From the NCBI GenBank assembly GCA_021785935.1, contig JAJYOG010000003.1, positions 12,829 to 76,828 of the forward strand: DNA of 64,000 nt, in the 5' to 3' direction. A program made the translations under genes and the position numbers. The DNA is from Actinomycetes bacterium. Lineage in GTDB: Bacteria; Actinomycetota; Thermoleophilia; BMS3ABIN01. The notes below the pieces were generated by a model. The model saw only the letters and a program-made list of their open reading frames with translations, did not search any database and had not been told where the DNA came from. Shown one piece after another: positions 24,690 through 35,884 of this stretch (its first letter is position 1; each line of letters starts with the position of its first letter).

Positions 24690-25436
24690 ATGGCTGAGAT
24701 TAAACCTGTAAGCAACGGTCCGGTTAGCGCCAACGGGGAAGGGCGCGATCTGATCATCCGCACTACCAACCTGCACAAAACCTACGATACCGGAAAAGTT
24801 CAGGTGCACGCCCTGCGCGGCATCGATTTCGAAGTCAGACGCGGGGAGATGGTAGCAGTCATGGGGCCGAGCGGCTCGGGCAAGACCACACTACTCAACT
24901 GCATGTCAGGAATCGACGAGCCGAGTGACGGCGAAGTCCTGATCGGTGACAAGGCCCTTTACCGCATGCGTGACAACAGCCGCACCGACTTCCGGGCGCA
25001 GAACATGGGCTTTATCTTTCAAACTTTTAATCTGCTGCCGGTGCTGACAGTTGTCGAGAACGTCGAGCTGCCAGCGCTGGTTGCGGGTGTGAAACCAGGT
25101 GAATCACGCCAGCGTGCTCTTCGCTGGGTGGAAGCGCTGGGACTCGCCGACCAGGCGGGCAAGCGCCCCGCGGAGATCTCAGGCGGCCAGCAGCAACGAG
25201 TTGCCATCGCCCGCTCGCTGGTCAACAATCCCGCTATCATCTGGTGCGATGAACCGACCGGCAACCTTGACAGCGAGAACCAGAACCAGGTCATGGACCT
25301 GCTTTGTAACCTCAACAGGGATCGCGGCCAGACATTTGTGCTTGTCACTCACAGTGAGGAGGTCGGCGAACGCGCTGACCGAATCGTCCGCATGCGTGAC
25401 GGCATCATCGAGCACGATATCAGCATCGGGCGGTAG
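24690..25436 (+). CDS. ABC transporter ATP-binding protein (MacB/LolD-like)
   Basis: Walker A is GPSGSGKTT. The signature is ISGGQQQRVAIAR. Walker B is IIWCDEPTGNLD. Confidence 0.9.
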   Translation: MAEIKPVSNGPVSANGEGRDLIIRTTNLHKTYDTGKVQVHALRGIDFEVRRGEMVAVMGPSGSGKTTLLNCMSGIDEPSDGEVLIGDKALYRMRDNSRTDFRAQNMGFIFQTFNLLPVLTVVENVELPALVAGVKPGESRQRALRWVEALGLADQAGKRPAEISGGQQQRVAIARSLVNNPAIIWCDEPTGNLDSENQNQVMDLLCNLNRDRGQTFVLVTHSEEVGERADRIVRMRDGIIEHDISIGR

Positions 25437-25438
25437 AC

Positions 25439-28400
25439 GTGGATAAACTTTTCGGGGTCCCCATAAACAACATGCTGGTCTACCTTCTCGTGGCGCTAGG
25501 CATCGGTGCGGCGGTAATGATCGTTGCTTCGCTGCGAAATCCAGTCCTCTTAAAAATGGGCGTCCGCAACATCACCCGCCGGCCGGCTCAGACAACCCTG
25601 ATTGTCCTCGGACTGATGCTGACAACACTGCTGTTCTCGGCAGCCCTGTCAACCGGCGACACCATGAATTATTCCATCCGCAAGAGCGCCCTCGACCAGC
25701 TGGGGCCAGTCGATGAGGTTGTCCAGGCGAAGAGTATTTCCGTCATGGAGAACCACATGGTGAGCCAGGCCGGCCAGGCCCAGACCAACAACCAGTTTTT
25801 CGGCCGTGACACGGTAGACCGGATCACTGGCGCCCTGACGCCAACGGGTCTGACCGATGGCATCGCGCCAATCGTTAGCGAGAACTTCCCGGCGGTGTCT
25901 CCCGAAAACAAGCAGACTTTGCCTGAAATAAGGGTTCTGGGAGTCGACCAGGACTATGCGGCGCAGACCGAGCCGCTAAAGACAGCATCCGGCTCTGAGC
26001 TTCCGGTCGCAGCGCTTGCTCCGGATCAGGCGTACCTGAATACGAAGGCAGCCGAAAAACTAGACCTGCGCGAGGGCGGCAAGGTACAACTGTTTTCTTC
26101 CACGGGACCACGGGAATTTACCGTGGCCGGCATTTTCGAGAGTGGCGGCAAATCAGGTGAAGTCGCTCAGTCGATGGTGATTAGCGCACCGGCTGCGCAA
26201 CAGCTGACGGGCAAACCCGGCTTGTACAATATGGTGCTGATCTCAAACCAGGGTGGACTATTCGAGGGCGTCGGCAAGACCGGCGCGGTAACCGCTGCCC
26301 TCGACCCCGCCCTGGCAGGCACTAACCTGGAAGCACAGCCGGTAAAACAGAAAGCGCTGGACACCGCCGAATCGGCAGCCAGCAGCTTCACCAGTATCTT
26401 CCTGCTGTTCGGCGAGTTCTCGATGATCGCTGGTGTTCTGTTGATATTCCTCATTTTCGTGATGCTTGCGGCCGAACGCAAAACCGAGCTTGGCGTCATG
26501 AGGGCGATGGGCTCCAAGCGTCGCGACATTCTCAAAGTTTTTGCCTTTGAAGGCGTCGTCTACTCAGCTTTGGCCGCAGCCGTGGGCTCCATTCTGGGCA
26601 TGGTGGTAGGCTGGGGCATGGTGCAGATCCTTGCCAGCGCTTTCGGCAGTTTTGAGGAGTTCAGCTTCTCCTTTAGTTTCAATATCAAAAGCCTGGTGAT
26701 TGCCTATTCCCTGGGCATGATCGCCACTTATGTCATTGTCATTATTTCCGCCTGGCGCGCGGGACATCTGAATATCGTCCGCGCCATCCGCGATATACCC
26801 GAGCCCCAGAAGGGTGGCCGCAGGAAGCGTTGGCTTGTGGTCAGCATCTGCATGGTGGTATTCGGCGCGTTGCTCACAATGTCTGGCATCAGCTCAATGC
26901 AGGCCAGCGTCTTCATGCTGGGACCATCTTTAATTATTGTTGGTGTGCCATTCATTCTCAGGTATTTCCGCCTGCCAGACCGCATAGTCTTCACAGTCGC
27001 CGGGCTGGGGCTGCTTGCCTGGTGGCTGCCGCCGGAGTCGTGGTGGCATCGGGTGCTGCCCTTCATTCCGGAAAATATGAGTGCGGGCATGGAGATATTC
27101 ATCCTCTCCGGCGTCGCGGTGGTAGCAGGTTCGATCTGGGCGGTTATGTATAACTCCGACATCCTGCTGGCGTTGGTTGTCGCCATCTTCGGCAAGATTA
27201 AGGGTTTGCCGCCTATTCTCAAAATTTCGGTCAATTACCCCATGCGGACCCGTTTTCGGACCGGCATGGCGCTGGCCATGTTCTCTCTCATTATTTTCAC
27301 CATGACCTTCATGGCGGCGATGATGCTCTCGATCTCGGCGCTGTACGATGACATACCAAGGGTTTCGGGAGGATTCCAGATCCAGGGTTCGACCGGATAC
27401 GCCAATCCAGTGCGCGACCCGCAAGGAAAGCTGGCAACCAAGGGTGATGGCGTCAACCTTGATGACTTCGCTGGCATCGGCAGACTGGCGACCGCCGGCG
27501 TCGAACTGCGGCAGAAAGGCGCCGAGCAGAACTGGGCGCAATACGTGGTGCAAGGCGCTGACGCCGGTTACCTGGACAACGTCAATTACACCTTCAAAAT
27601 GAAGGACAAGGCATACAAGAGCGACGCCGATGTCTGGCAGGCGATCAAGAACCAGCCGGGACTGGCTGTCGTCCATGTTACCCTGCTGCCAACTCACAGT
27701 AACTTCCAGCAGGGCGGGCCAGAGATCCGTTTTCAGATGAGCGGTGTTTATCAGGAGGATACCGAACTGCCGGATAACCTGTTCATCGAAGTGAAGGACC
27801 CGGTATCGGGCAAAGTGTCGCAGATGAAGGTTATCGGGGTTATCGAGCCACTGGCCTTCTACGCCCAGATGGGCGTCTTCACGTCGCAGGATACGATCGC
27901 CCAGATGACGTCGATGCCGGTACCGCCCACCTCCTTCTGGTTCAAGACCCGGCCGGGAGTTAATGTCGCCGATGCCTCTAAAGGTTTACAGCGCACTTTC
28001 TATGAAAGCGGGATGACCACTACTGTTATCGAGGATAATATCCGTTCATCCATGCGCGCCATGACCATGATCGACAACCTTTTAACAGGCTTCATGGGCC
28101 TGGGACTGGTGGTGGGCATCGCCGCCCTGGGCGTTATTGCCGCGCGAGCCGTGGTAGAACGGCGCCAGCAGATCGGCATGCTGCGCGCGATCGGCTTCCG
28201 CCGGGGCATGGTGCAAAAAGCGTTCCTGCTGGAGTCTTCGTTTGTAGCTATTCTGGGAATCCTGATCGGTTCGGCGCTCGGCTTGACCCTGTGCTATTCG
28301 GTAATTAGCTTTATGGCCGACGGCATGCAGGGCCTGACGTACAAAATTCCCTGGATCAACACAATCCTGATCGGCCTCCTGGCCTACGTGGCCTCGCTGC

Positions 28401-28468
28401 TGACTACTTACCTGCCGGCCAGGCAGGCTTCCAAGGTTTACCCGGCCGAGGCTCTCAGGTACGAATAA
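25439..28468 (+). CDS. ABC transporter permease, double FtsX/MacB-type module
   Basis: 1009 aa with two FtsX-like TM bundles, each preceded by a large extracytoplasmic domain. It starts 2 nt after the ATPase gene. Confidence 0.8.
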   Translation: MDKLFGVPINNMLVYLLVALGIGAAVMIVASLRNPVLLKMGVRNITRRPAQTTLIVLGLMLTTLLFSAALSTGDTMNYSIRKSALDQLGPVDEVVQAKSISVMENHMVSQAGQAQTNNQFFGRDTVDRITGALTPTGLTDGIAPIVSENFPAVSPENKQTLPEIRVLGVDQDYAAQTEPLKTASGSELPVAALAPDQAYLNTKAAEKLDLREGGKVQLFSSTGPREFTVAGIFESGGKSGEVAQSMVISAPAAQQLTGKPGLYNMVLISNQGGLFEGVGKTGAVTAALDPALAGTNLEAQPVKQKALDTAESAASSFTSIFLLFGEFSMIAGVLLIFLIFVMLAAERKTELGVMRAMGSKRRDILKVFAFEGVVYSALAAAVGSILGMVVGWGMVQILASAFGSFEEFSFSFSFNIKSLVIAYSLGMIATYVIVIISAWRAGHLNIVRAIRDIPEPQKGGRRKRWLVVSICMVVFGALLTMSGISSMQASVFMLGPSLIIVGVPFILRYFRLPDRIVFTVAGLGLLAWWLPPESWWHRVLPFIPENMSAGMEIFILSGVAVVAGSIWAVMYNSDILLALVVAIFGKIKGLPPILKISVNYPMRTRFRTGMALAMFSLIIFTMTFMAAMMLSISALYDDIPRVSGGFQIQGSTGYANPVRDPQGKLATKGDGVNLDDFAGIGRLATAGVELRQKGAEQNWAQYVVQGADAGYLDNVNYTFKMKDKAYKSDADVWQAIKNQPGLAVVHVTLLPTHSNFQQGGPEIRFQMSGVYQEDTELPDNLFIEVKDPVSGKVSQMKVIGVIEPLAFYAQMGVFTSQDTIAQMTSMPVPPTSFWFKTRPGVNVADASKGLQRTFYESGMTTTVIEDNIRSSMRAMTMIDNLLTGFMGLGLVVGIAALGVIAARAVVERRQQIGMLRAIGFRRGMVQKAFLLESSFVAILGILIGSALGLTLCYSVISFMADGMQGLTYKIPWINTILIGLLAYVASLLTTYLPARQASKVYPAEALRYE

Positions 28469-28517
28469 GTAGCGCTCGCGCCGGCGGCAAGCTCAATCAC
28501 TGCGCGTTTAATAGATT

Positions 28518-28611
28518 CTCATCCCCAGGTTAATCCTCAGGCAATTCCCTAATCACTCAGGCATTACCCTTATCCTCAGGCAATTCCCTAATCACTAGTT
28601 TCATTACCCCC
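28518..28611. repeat. Tandem array of ~19-20-nt degenerate repeats upstream of the N-ATPase operon
   Basis: The unit CTCAGGCAATTCCCTAATCA is exact at 28536-28555 and 28575-28594. The variant CTCAGGCATTACCCTTATC is at 28556-28574, and weaker flanking units are also present. Confidence 0.7.
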
Positions 28612-28815
28612 TGGTTTGGGGAAATAATCTCCAATCGTCCCATGAACCATGCCGTTGTACGCGGCGACGCGAGTCGCCGGCGACGCAGGCTGTGTGAAAA
28701 ACGTCACCGCCTGATATGCCGGCGCTGCCCTCTCATACGGCAACGGTAAGGAACGTAAGCACCGCGGGCTTGGCGATAACCTGTGCCCTGTCGCAAACGA
28801 CGGGAGATTGCATAA

Positions 28816-30192
<1,377 letters not shown>

Positions 30193-30220
30193 TGACCACC
30201 AAAAAAATCGGAGGTTCGAG

Positions 30221-30610
30221 ATGCGGCTAAAGATACTGGCGCCGGCAAAAGTTGTTGTTGATTCCGAAGTGGACAAAATTATCGCCAAGAGCCCTGATGG
30301 ATATTTCTGCCTGTTGCCGCACCACGTCGATTTTGTCTCGGAGCTGTCACCGGGGATCCTGTCACTGTCCGATTCAAGCGGACAGGAGCAGTCGATGGCA
30401 GTCGATGAAGGCGTCCTGGTTAAATGCGGCAATGAAGTCCTGGTGGCTACGCGGAATGCCGTTCAGGAGCAAGGCGCCGAAAAAATAAAACCAGCAAGCG
30501 CAGCCGGGCTGCTCGAGCTGGATGAGGAAGAAATAAAATGCCGCCGCGTCATTGCGGCGCTTGAAGCAGAGTTTGTCGACGGTTTTTTAAATGAGGGGCG
30601 TAATGAATAA
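30221..30610 (+). CDS. atpC: N-type ATPase epsilon subunit
   Basis: 129 aa. The call rests on position after atpD and an epsilon-like N-terminal beta-sandwich sequence (LKILAPAKVVVDSEVDKIIAKSPDGYFCLLPHHVDF). Confidence 0.8.
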   Translation: MRLKILAPAKVVVDSEVDKIIAKSPDGYFCLLPHHVDFVSELSPGILSLSDSSGQEQSMAVDEGVLVKCGNEVLVATRNAVQEQGAEKIKPASAAGLLELDEEEIKCRRVIAALEAEFVDGFLNEGRNE

Positions 30611-30947
30611 GAAACCGGACCATAGCCGGTTCTGGTATGACTTCGGACGTTTTAATCTGACCGGCTGGTCGGTGGTGCTGCCGACGCTCGGAGGAATCGC
30701 CCTGGGATACTGGCTCGATACGAACCATCCTGCCAAGTTCTCCTGGACGATTACCCTGATGGTGGTAGGGCTGACCCTGGGATGCCTGAACGCCTGGTAC
30801 TGGATTTCCCGTATAGACAATAAGAAAGAAAGGCCCGGGCGCGAAGCGAAAGGCAGCTCCGGCAACGGCAAGAAGAGCAGCTTCGGCAGCGGGGGCTCCA
30901 GTAAGGACCAGCACGGCTCCGGAGAGGATAAACAGAGTGGAGGATGA
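30591..30947 (+). CDS. atpQ: N-ATPase AtpQ (AtpZ/AtpI-like small membrane protein)
   Basis: Two TM helices (GWSVVLPTLGGIALGYWLD...ITLMVVGLTLGCLNAWYW). The position is diagnostic for N-ATPase operons. The start may be the ATG at 30603. Confidence 0.7.
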   Translation: MRGVMNKKPDHSRFWYDFGRFNLTGWSVVLPTLGGIALGYWLDTNHPAKFSWTITLMVVGLTLGCLNAWYWISRIDNKKERPGREAKGSSGNGKKSSFGSGGSSKDQHGSGEDKQSGG

Positions 30948-31255
30948 TGAGCGTGCTTATTAACATTTTTCTGCCGGCGGTTGCCGGCATCGTCATCGGC
31001 GCCTTCTACTTCGGCGGACTCTGGCTCACGCTGGGGCGGCTAATGTCCACCAAACGTCCGGCCCTGCTTACCCTCGGCAGCTATCTGGGACGGCTGGCGG
31101 TTTGCTTCCTTTGCTTCCTCCTGCTGGCGCGCGTGGCCGGCTGGATCGGGTTACTTGTCTGCCTGGCCTTCTTCATCCTGGCGCGTACGGCGATGATCCG
31201 GATCTGGGGCAGGCCGGAAAGGGTCATCGACAATACCAGGCGGAGACAGCATTGA
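30944..31255 (+). CDS. atpR: N-ATPase AtpR subunit
   Basis: 103 aa with an FYFGGLWLTLGR motif and Arg-containing TM helices. It lies between atpQ and atpB. Confidence 0.7.
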   Translation: MMSVLINIFLPAVAGIVIGAFYFGGLWLTLGRLMSTKRPALLTLGSYLGRLAVCFLCFLLLARVAGWIGLLVCLAFFILARTAMIRIWGRPERVIDNTRRRQH

Positions 31256-31980
31256 TTGACATTAGTCCCGACACCACAGTCCTATGGAGCTGGGGGCCGG
31301 TGCACCTCAACCTCACCATCGTTTTCACCTGGCTGGTAATGATGGTGATTGTACTGTCGGCCTGGATGGCGACAAGAAACCTTAAGTTCCATCCGCCGCT
31401 CTCGCGCTGGCAAAATATCTTCGAGGCAGTGGTGACTGTCATCCGCAATCACATCCGCGATATTCTCGGGCCGCACATCAACCGTTTTCTGCCCTTCATC
31501 GGCACCCTCTTTTTCTTCATCTCTTTTTCCAACCTGTTGATCGTCCTGCCCGAGTACAGAGCGCCAACGGGATCGCTATCGACGACACTGGCGCTGTCTA
31601 TCTGCGTTTTTATCGCTGTCCCCGCCTACAGCATCTCCGAAGTCGGTTTTCGCGGCTACCTCAAACACTTCATTGAACCCTCGTTTCTGATGCTGCCAAT
31701 GCTTTTGATTACGGAGGTCACGCGCACGATGACGCTGGCGGTCAGGCTCTTTGGGAACATCATGAGCGAATCCATGATCGCTGCCGCCATACTATCAGTC
31801 GTACCCTTTCTGCTGCCCGTGGCTACAGAGGCATTCGGCCTGCTGATCGGGCAGATTCAAGCGTATATTTTCGTCGTTCTGGCATCTGTTTATATCGCCT
31901 CCGCATCAGGCATGGGCGAAATACGCCCGGGCAGAGACCGGGCAATCCGCAGTGACAATCTTTCGAGCAAAGGAGGTTGA
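31252..31980 (+). CDS. atpB: N-type ATPase a subunit
   Basis: The TTG start at 31252 overlaps the atpR stop; the ORF-track start at 31102 would overlap atpR by 150 nt. The conserved stator Arg is in MTLAVRLFGNIMSE. Confidence 0.8.
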   Translation: MIDISPDTTVLWSWGPVHLNLTIVFTWLVMMVIVLSAWMATRNLKFHPPLSRWQNIFEAVVTVIRNHIRDILGPHINRFLPFIGTLFFFISFSNLLIVLPEYRAPTGSLSTTLALSICVFIAVPAYSISEVGFRGYLKHFIEPSFLMLPMLLITEVTRTMTLAVRLFGNIMSESMIAAAILSVVPFLLPVATEAFGLLIGQIQAYIFVVLASVYIASASGMGEIRPGRDRAIRSDNLSSKGG

Positions 31981-31981
31981 C

Positions 31982-32248
31982 ATGGACAACATAGCTTTGA
32001 TTGGAATGGGATCGATGGCAATCGCGGGCCTGACGATGGCGATAGGGTCGATCGCGCCGGCTCTCGCCGAAGGCAAGGCTGTAGCGCGCGCGCTGCAATC
32101 AATAGCGCAGCAACCCGATGAATCGGATGTACTGTCCCGGGTGCTATTCGTAGGACTGGCGATGATCGAATCGATCGCGATCTACTGCTTCGTAATCTCG
32201 ATCATTCTGATCTTCGTAAATCCGTTCTGGAATCACATCGCGGGATAA
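31982..32248 (+). CDS. atpE: N-type ATPase c subunit
   Basis: ATG at 31982 is preceded by AAGGAGG (31970-31976). It is an 88-aa helical hairpin with QQPDE in the loop and the carboxylate in LAMIESIAIYCF. Confidence 0.9.
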   Translation: MDNIALIGMGSMAIAGLTMAIGSIAPALAEGKAVARALQSIAQQPDESDVLSRVLFVGLAMIESIAIYCFVISIILIFVNPFWNHIAG

Positions 32249-32255
32249 AACAGTC

Positions 32256-33119
32256 GTGACCATCGACTTCTTTACAATCATTGCCCAGATTTTTAATTTC
32301 GTGGTGCTGATAATGCTGCTCCGGCACTTCCTCTACGGGCCTATCGTCAGGACCATGGATGCCCGCGAGCACCATATAACCACCGAGCTGGACGAAGCCG
32401 AACTCAAGAATGCCGAAGCCAGGCAAGAAGCCGCGGAACTAAAAAGGGAACGACAGGAACTTGAAGACCGGCGGGGGGAATTCCTGTCGCAGGCCCAGGC
32501 CGATGCGGAAAAGTGGCGGAACGACCTCCTGGTGCAGGCGCGCGATGAGGTCGAAGAGCGCAGGGCCGGCTGGCAGGACGCAATCGAACGTGAAAAAACC
32601 GGTTTTCTGGCGAACCTTAAGCAACGCGCCGGTGAGCAGATATATGAAATCGCGCAACGTGTGCTCGGCGACCTCGCCAACCTGGACCTCGAACGCCACA
32701 TCATCGACTCATTTATTTACCGCCTGGAAACTATGGATGATTCAGGCCTCGATACCGTTGCCGCGCGCCTGGCCCGTTGGCAAAAGATGAAGCCGGAGGA
32801 GATCGAGGCAACTGTATTAGAACGTGAAGCGGTTATTTCAACCGCATTTGAAATCGACGCCGAAACCAAAGGCCGAATCGCGGCGGCCGTGACCAAGCGG
32901 CTGGGTCAAAATGTCGGGCTGCGGTTCGAGGAAACACCCGAGCTTATCTGCGGTATCGAGCTGAAGACTCAAGGATACAAGGCTGCCTGGAGCCTGCAGA
33001 ATTACCTGGAGACTCTCGAGGAAAACCTTTCGCTGGCCTTTATGAGCCGGGAGGCTGAACCCGGTCAGGGCACGGAGGCTGAACCTGCTCCAGGTAAAGA
33101 AACAGAGCCCCGGGCATGA
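32256..33119 (+). CDS. atpF: N-type ATPase b subunit with a delta(OSCP)-like C-terminal extension
   Basis: 287 aa with an N-terminal TM helix and a long charged coiled coil. The C-terminus [62 protein letters not shown] resembles the delta-subunit C-terminus. There is no separate atpH. Confidence 0.8.
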   Translation: MTIDFFTIIAQIFNFVVLIMLLRHFLYGPIVRTMDAREHHITTELDEAELKNAEARQEAAELKRERQELEDRRGEFLSQAQADAEKWRNDLLVQARDEVEERRAGWQDAIEREKTGFLANLKQRAGEQIYEIAQRVLGDLANLDLERHIIDSFIYRLETMDDSGLDTVAARLARWQKMKPEEIEATVLEREAVISTAFEIDAETKGRIAAAVTKRLGQNVGLRFEETPELICGIELKTQGYKAAWSLQNYLETLEENLSLAFMSREAEPGQGTEAEPAPGKETEPRA

Positions 33120-34663
33120 CCGGGAAAGAGCAACCGGAAAAAGAGCTGGAAGGGATCCTTGACGACGCCTTTGGAACGGTGGAAGAAGTTGTTCGCGGCC
33201 AGGACACCGGGTTTGGGTTCCGCGAAGCTGGAACGGTCTCATTTGTAGGCAAGGGAATCGTGCGGATCGAGGGATTACCCAATGTCCGATCCGAAGAGCT
33301 GGTTCGGTTTGCCGGGGGCAAGCTTGGCATCGCTCTCAACCTCGAACCCAAAGAAGTCGCGGTCGTGCTGCTGGACAAACGTGGAGGCATCGAAGCCGGC
33401 CAGGAGGTAAGACGCACGGGGCGCGTTGTCGACGTGCCGGTTGGCGAAGGCCTCCTCGGACGCGTCGTCAATGCCATCGGCGCGCCACTGGACGGCGACA
33501 GGCCGATCCACTTCACCGAGCGGCGCCCGATCGAGCGGCCGGCGGCATCGATCATGGATCGCGCCCCCGTGAGCGTACCTCTGCAGACGGGTACCCAGGT
33601 TATCGATGCCATCATACCGATCGGCCGTGGTCAGCGGGAGCTGCTCATCGGCGACCGCCATACCGGCAAGAGTGCGATCGCGCTCGATACCATCATTAAC
33701 CAGGTTGATAAAGATGTAATCAGTGTTTATTGTGCCATCGAGCAGCGTGGCTCGACGACAGCTGACCTCATCGAGAAGCTGAAGCAACATGGCGCCATGG
33801 AAAACAGCATCGTCGTCGTGGCCTCCCCGGAAGACTCCCTGGGGCTCAGGTTCTCCGCTCCCTACGCGGCGACGACGATAGCCGAGTATTTCATGGAGCA
33901 GGGCCACGATGTCCTGATTGTCTACGACGACCTCACCAAGCATGCTCGCGCCTACCGTGAACTGTCGCTGCTATTGAGGCGGCCTCCTGCCCGTGAAGCC
34001 TACCCGGGTGATATTTTTTACATCCATTCACGGCTGCTGGAGCGCTCTACTCATCTTAGTGAAGAACTTGGCGGCGGCTCGCTGACGGCGCTGCCGATCG
34101 TTGAGACCGAGGCGCAGAACATCGCCGCCTACATCCCCACCAACCTGATTTCCATTACCGACGGCCAGGTCTACTTCTCCCCCAAGCTGTTTCAGGAAGG
34201 GGTGCTGCCGGCCGTGGATGTCGGCCGCTCGGTATCTCGCGTCGGTGGCAAGGCGCAACTGCCGGCCTATAAGACTGTCGCGGCTGACCTGCGCCTTTCT
34301 TTTTCACAGTTCGAGGAGCTGGAAACTTTTTCCAGGTTTGGCACCAATCTCGAAGACGAAACCCGGGCGGCGCTTGAACGTGGGCGCCGCGTACGCGAAA
34401 CACTCAAGCAATCACAGTTCAGGACCCGCACGGCGCCGCAGCAGATCGCAATGCTGCTGGCAGTTACGAGGGGCTTTTTTGACAATCTGCCGTTAAGTGA
34501 TATTCAGGAAGCCAAACGGAAGGTTGAGCGGGAGGTTGAGACGCATCTTCCAGAGTTATGCCAGCGCATCATCGCCGGCGAGGAGCTCAGCAATGAGGAT
34601 ATCGAAGCCATCACCGACAGGGTCAGGAACGCCCTTCAGCCCGAGCCGCCTGGAGAAACCTAG
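33116..34663 (+). CDS. atpA: N-type ATPase alpha subunit
   Basis: 515 aa. Walker A is [13 protein letters not shown] overlap with atpF. Confidence 0.9.
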   Translation: MTGKEQPEKELEGILDDAFGTVEEVVRGQDTGFGFREAGTVSFVGKGIVRIEGLPNVRSEELVRFAGGKLGIALNLEPKEVAVVLLDKRGGIEAGQEVRRTGRVVDVPVGEGLLGRVVNAIGAPLDGDRPIHFTERRPIERPAASIMDRAPVSVPLQTGTQVIDAIIPIGRGQRELLIGDRHTGKSAIALDTIINQVDKDVISVYCAIEQRGSTTADLIEKLKQHGAMENSIVVVASPEDSLGLRFSAPYAATTIAEYFMEQGHDVLIVYDDLTKHARAYRELSLLLRRPPAREAYPGDIFYIHSRLLERSTHLSEELGGGSLTALPIVETEAQNIAAYIPTNLISITDGQVYFSPKLFQEGVLPAVDVGRSVSRVGGKAQLPAYKTVAADLRLSFSQFEELETFSRFGTNLEDETRAALERGRRVRETLKQSQFRTRTAPQQIAMLLAVTRGFFDNLPLSDIQEAKRKVEREVETHLPELCQRIIAGEELSNEDIEAITDRVRNALQPEPPGET

Positions 34664-35578
34664 ATGCAGACGCTCGAATCCCTCAAAAGGAAGATTGGCA
34701 ACGCTGAAGACGTACAGTCGGTAGTGGGCGCCATGAAAGTGCTTGCCATCGTCAGTATACGGCAGTTTGAAAAATCGCTGGCGTCACTGAACGATTACCA
34801 TCGGACAGTGGAGTTGGGATTGCAAACCGTCATGCAGAACCGGCCCCCGGGTATGCCGGAAATACTTGCCAGTTCGAAGCCCGCCACAAACGGAATGGTC
34901 TGTGCCGTTGTTTTCGGTTCGGAGCAGGGTCTCTCCGGCCAGTTCAACGAGCGAATCTCCGCCTTCGCCCTCGAGCAACTCGACCAACTCGACATTGCCA
35001 CGGAGAACCGTTCCTTCCTTGTGCTCGGTGATCACGTCAGTTACCGTCTGAAGGCCCTGCATCAACCGGTCGAAAAAAGGTTTCCCATCCATGGCTCCGT
35101 CAAACAGATGAAAAAAACGATCCAGTCACTGTTTCTCTATTTCGATGAGATGAGGCAAAAAGAGAGATGCGGCCCGATCTTTCTGTTCCATCATAAATCG
35201 CTGTCCGGAGCGCATCATGAACCCAGAATGACCCGCCTTTTTCCGCTGGACGCGGCATTATTTTATGAAATGGGGAAGAAACCATGGCCGGCGAGATCGC
35301 TTCCCACCTTTACCATGGACTGGGAGCCATTACTGCGTTCTTTAATACGTGAGTATTTGCGTGTTACTTTGGAACGCAGCTTCGTGGAATCGCTTGTCAG
35401 TGAAAATACCAGCCGGCTCCTGGCTATGCAGGTAGCCGAAAGTAACGTCGCCGATTTTCTGGATGTGCTGACGCACGAATTCAACGAGCAGAGGCAGAGC
35501 GAAATTACGGCTGAGATACTCGATATCGTCGCCGGTATGGAAGCGGTGGAAAAAGCGGAATACTCTTCGCTGCTCTAG
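34664..35578 (+). CDS. atpG: N-type ATPase gamma subunit
   Basis: 304 aa. It starts directly after the atpA TAG. Gamma-like termini are present (MQTLESLKRKI...; ...ITAEILDIVAG). Confidence 0.85.
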   Translation: MQTLESLKRKIGNAEDVQSVVGAMKVLAIVSIRQFEKSLASLNDYHRTVELGLQTVMQNRPPGMPEILASSKPATNGMVCAVVFGSEQGLSGQFNERISAFALEQLDQLDIATENRSFLVLGDHVSYRLKALHQPVEKRFPIHGSVKQMKKTIQSLFLYFDEMRQKERCGPIFLFHHKSLSGAHHEPRMTRLFPLDAALFYEMGKKPWPARSLPTFTMDWEPLLRSLIREYLRVTLERSFVESLVSENTSRLLAMQVAESNVADFLDVLTHEFNEQRQSEITAEILDIVAGMEAVEKAEYSSLL

Positions 35579-35580
35579 AA

Positions 35581-35754
35581 CTAATTCATCGCGGTGCTAA
35601 AAGAATCCGGATCCCTGTCCCAGACCATCTGCACCTCACTCGCTACCATGTCCCCCGAAATCCATTCATGCTCGCCCAGCGGTGAATCCTCGCAAGCGGC
35701 GATCAGGGGCAGATTGGTGATGGCTTTGCAATGCTTACACAGGTAACAATCCAT
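35581..35754 (-). CDS. Small Cys-containing hypothetical protein (57 aa)
   Basis: Not in the ORF track: MDCYLCKHCKAITNLPLIAACEDSPLGEHEWISGDMVASEVQMVWDRDPDSFSTAMN. Confidence 0.3.
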   Translation of the reverse strand: MDCYLCKHCKAITNLPLIAACEDSPLGEHEWISGDMVASEVQMVWDRDPDSFSTAMN

Positions 35755-35884
35755 GCGGCCTCCCAGAAAAATAATGATTTTCCTGAAGAATCGTGCATAT
35801 TTATGTCACGCTGGCGCGGATTTTAAACCATTGCCCACAGCCGGCTGGCCTTATATTCGCCGAAAACTACTTAAAACCATTCCA

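Noticed and set aside
28518-28611. CRISPR array
   Set aside because: The repeats are ~20 nt and directly abutting with no spacers. There are only 4-5 degenerate units and no cas genes in the window.
31102-31251. ORF-track start of the a-subunit gene at 31102
   Set aside because: It would overlap atpR by 150 nt in another frame. The conserved a-subunit sequence begins after the TTG at 31252, which overlaps the atpR stop.
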